A stretch of DNA of 64,000 bases from Azolla caroliniana (Eukaryota; Plantae; Polypodiophyta), in NCBI GenBank assembly GCA_043228905.1, contig JBHGNT010000020.1, forward strand, positions 1,426,001 through 1,490,000. Reading direction: 5' to 3'. The notes under the pieces were generated by a model. That model did not search any database. It was given only the letters and a program-made list of their open reading frames with translations, and was not told where the DNA came from. The translations under genes and the position numbers were made by a program. Below are positions 60,992 to 64,000 of the stretch, piece after piece. Numbering within the stretch: position 1 is the first letter of the stretch; every line of letters begins with the position of its first letter.

Positions 60992-63900
60992 TGTCGAATA
61001 CATGTGTATAATGGACGTATTCACACTATCCCGTTTTGGCCATTTATGTAATTAGCATAAAGGGTAGTTGCCCTAAGTCGGTCACTATATATAGTGACCT
61101 TGTAACCTCTTTGTAAGGGTTGGGGTGTTGTATTATTGCTTTATGGAATAAGACAAAGTCTTTTGTGCCTCTCTGTCTCTCTCTCTCTCTCTCTCTGCGC
61201 AACGACCTACAAACTGTCATACGCAGGTACTCAACAGCAATCGAATGCTTCTTGATCTTCCGCACAGACGACTTTGTCTCCAACACTCGGTTAAACGGCA
61301 TCCGAAAAGGTCATTAAACGTTGCTCGCCGCTCGTTGTAACCACTCGGTGCAGATCGGTCTCAAGACATCAACCCCAATTCGCGCTTCATCCGACTGATC
61401 GACATTCGGGAGGATCAGTTGGATCTGTCTCTCTCGTCGCTGCAGCCACCCGAAGCAGAATCGGTCCAGATAATCGGTTTCAATAATCGGTATTCGGCAT
61501 ATATATCCGAAGCGAACCGGGCTCACTCCGACTCGGCAACATTCGGGAAGACCAGTCGGTTCTGTCCCTCAAGTTACCGGAGTCAATTCGAGCAAGCTCC
61601 GAAGCCGAACTGACTCGGGTTCAAATCCGACTAGAACGATATCGGGTGAGCCAACTGGCTGCACTCCAACAAGGTTCGTAGTCAACTCCGAACCGAGCTT
61701 CGTCAACCAAAACCGAACTTGATGGCATCAACATCCGGCTCGTCAGAAATGAGTCTACGAAAGTTCGATGGATCGAACTTCAACTTCTGGAAGGAACAAA
61801 TGCAGGACTATCTCATAGTCAAGGGGCAAATCGATCCCATCGAAAATGAAGAACCTCCAGAAGGATACAAACCAATTGAGTGGCAGAAGCTGGACAGAAT
61901 TGTCCGCGCCACGATTCGGATGCACCTATCGGAATCGGTATACTTTACGGTGCAATCGTGTACGACAGCATTCGAACTGTGGAAAACACTGTCGGACACT
62001 TACGAAAAGAAGGTCGCCGCAACGAAGATGTTTCTGATCCGGCGCCTCTACAACTTGCGGATGAAAGAATCCGATTCGGTTCAAGCACACCTCAATGAGT
62101 ACGAAAGCACAAGCTCCCAAATCTCGTCACAGGGGACGGCAATCGAGGATGAACTCAGAGCAATGATACTCATGAGCAGCCTTCCCTCATCATGGGAAAC
62201 TTTCGTCACAACCGTGTGCAACGCGTCAACCACGGCTGTTAAATACTCCGAAGTCACGAGCGCAATCCTGACCGAAGCAGCTCGGAGAAAGTCTTTCGCC
62301 AAAGACTCAACAGACAACGCTTACGTAGTACAAGGTTCGACAGACCGATCGAACATACGAGGAAGAGATTCCTCACGGCCGCCGAACAATCAGCGAAGAC
62401 GGAGCCAGTCACGGGATAACCGAATCTGCAACTATTGCAAGAAACCCGGACACATCAAAGCCGACTGCCGTGCACTCAAGAACAAGAACAACAAGAAGAG
62501 TGGCCGGCATGAGGAGATCAATTACGTCAGCTTCTCAGCTGATGTACTACCGGACGACCCGAATATACTATCAATCGAAAATCCAGTCGGATCAGAAGTT
62601 CTACTCACGATTGAAGAATCGAGCACATGGCTCTTAGATTCGGGCGCGTCATTTCACGTGACTCCTCATCGATCCCAATTTCGGCAATATACGATCCGTC
62701 ACTCCGACTCAGTTCGAGTCGGCAACTCACAACACTGTGACATCATCGGAATCGGCACAGTAGAGCTCAACCTTGCAGGTGGCTCTACACTTGTACTCCA
62801 CAATGTCCGACATGTACCCGAGCTCTCAAGGCCATTGATCTCAGTCGGACAACTAGATGAAGACGGCATTCGTGCCGGTTTTTCTTCGGGAGGGTGGACA
62901 CTCCACAGGGGGAACCTCCTGCTTGCTAGAGGACCCAAGATACACTCCCTGTATCCGTTACATGTTACGCTCAGAGAGGGTAACCTGTTTTTGGTGGATA
63001 TTCCTGTGTCATCACTATGGCACCGAAGATTAGGACACCTCAGCAAGGCCGGCATCACGCACCTATCTAGAGCCGGATACATCCCCAAACTCTCCTTCTC
63101 GGACCATCAATTCTGCGAGCATTGCCAGTATGGCAAACAAGCAGCCGCATCACACCCGACATCAGCACCAAGAGAAACGAGACCTCTTGATTTGGTCCAC
63201 TCGGACGTCTGTGGCCCAATGCCGCATCAGTCTCTCGGCGGTGCCTCTTACTTCGTCACTTTTATTGACGATTCGACTCGAAAGGTGTGGGCTTATCCAA
63301 TTCGCACCAAAGATCGGGTCTTCTCGATCTTCACCGATTGGCTCGCTATGGTAGAAAATCAAACCGACCGAAAGCTGAAATGCTTTCGGACAGATAATGG
63401 GGGAGAGTTTAAATCCGAAGAATTCGTCAAATTCTGCCGACAACGCGGCATCCGACGTGAATTTACGGCACCACACAGTCCGGAGCAAAACGGGATTGCC
63501 GAACGCATGAATCGGACAATCCAAGAACGGACAGTTTCCATGCTCCAACACTCCGGACTGTCGGATGGCTTCTGGGCAGAGGCTCTACTCACAGCAGTAC
63601 ACATAATCAATATGTCGCCAAGTAGACCTCTAGGACTTCAAATTCCTCAGGAACTATGGATCGGCAGTAAGCCGAATTACGACAAGCTGAGGATCTTCGG
63701 ATGCGAGGCGTACGCCCTTATTCCGAAAGATGATCGCCGAAAACTTGCACCTCGGTCCAGGAAATGCATTTTCCTTGGATATGGATCCGACGGCGAAATG
63801 GGATACCGACTCTGGGACCCCGAACGCAGACGAATCGTTCGAAGTTCGGACGTTGTGTTCAACGAGTCGGCTATGAATCCATCAGTCGAAAAACCGATCG

Positions 63901-64000
63901 AAGTCCGAAGGGTGACATTTTCCGATGTGCCGACCCTTCAAGAAGGCCCCGCTCTCAACACACGGTCAGCTTCACGGGTAGCTGAACCTTACACTACCGA
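60992..64000 (+). mobile_element. Copia H, 5' part; 5' LTR from 60992, probably ending at 61371; no tRNA PBS
   Basis: The LTR is homologous to the solo LTR at 3824-4178. The end GGTCTCAAGACATCA resembles the solo-LTR end GGTTCTCGGACATATCA. Inserted in Copia D. Confidence 0.9.
61722..64000 (+). CDS. Copia H gag-PR-INT, open to the window edge (absent from the ORF track, consistent with having no stop in the window)
   Basis: MASTSGSSEMSLRKFDGSNFNFWKEQM, CNYCKKPGHIKADC, WLLDSGASFH, LWHRRLGH, VHSDVCGP, RTDNGGEF, GKL-type RKLAPRS, all in one frame. Confidence 0.93.
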   Translation, partial: MASTSGSSEMSLRKFDGSNFNFWKEQMQDYLIVKGQIDPIENEEPPEGYKPIEWQKLDRIVRATIRMHLSESVYFTVQSCTTAFELWKTLSDTYEKKVAATKMFLIRRLYNLRMKESDSVQAHLNEYESTSSQISSQGTAIEDELRAMILMSSLPSSWETFVTTVCNASTTAVKYSEVTSAILTEAARRKSFAKDSTDNAYVVQGSTDRSNIRGRDSSRPPNNQRRRSQSRDNRICNYCKKPGHIKADCRALKNKNNKKSGRHEEINYVSFSADVLPDDPNILSIENPVGSEVLLTIEESSTWLLDSGASFHVTPHRSQFRQYTIRHSDSVRVGNSQHCDIIGIGTVELNLAGGSTLVLHNVRHVPELSRPLISVGQLDEDGIRAGFSSGGWTLHRGNLLLARGPKIHSLYPLHVTLREGNLFLVDIPVSSLWHRRLGHLSKAGITHLSRAGYIPKLSFSDHQFCEHCQYGKQAAASHPTSAPRETRPLDLVHSDVCGPMPHQSLGGASYFVTFIDDSTRKVWAYPIRTKDRVFSIFTDWLAMVENQTDRKLKCFRTDNGGEFKSEEFVKFCRQRGIRREFTAPHSPEQNGIAERMNRTIQERTVSMLQHSGLSDGFWAEALLTAVHIINMSPSRPLGLQIPQELWIGSKPNYDKLRIFGCEAYALIPKDDRRKLAPRSRKCIFLGYGSDGEMGYRLWDPERRRIVRSSDVVFNESAMNPSVEKPIEVRRVTFSDVPTLQEGPALNTRSASRVAEPYTT

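Overview
Plant nuclear DNA (probably a fern or other non-seed plant; inferred from the TE lineages) made mostly of nested LTR retrotransposons. One host gene lies at about 11.0-12.9 kb (minus strand, two coding exons, uncharacterised coiled-coil protein). There are also L1 LINE relics, a hAT deletion derivative with TIRs and an 8-bp TSD (23214-25087), and an AT-rich satellite-like block. From 27.7 to 59.5 kb there is a five-level nest: chromoviral Gypsy E > Copia C (TSD ATGCT) > Tcn1-like Gypsy F (CTCAT) > tRNA-Arg-primed non-chromoviral Gypsy (CTTGC) > tRNA-Trp-primed Gypsy with a 4-bp TSD (GCGT). An intact Copia G (GTTTC) is also inserted in C. The most interesting signals are: (1) antisense tRNA-like Pol III A/B-box cassettes at the U3 edge of LTRs in two Tcn1-like families; (2) Tf1-type self-priming in Gypsy F and possibly in an apparently intact Ty1/Copia with no tRNA PBS; (3) a -1 frameshift site with a predicted pseudoknot placed after the protease; (4) an integrase-less Gypsy whose pol is fused in frame to a ~700-codon extra ORF with a long coiled coil and which has no visible PPT; (5) TATA boxes inside inverted repeats in several unrelated LTRs. 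All alignments and counts were done by eye.
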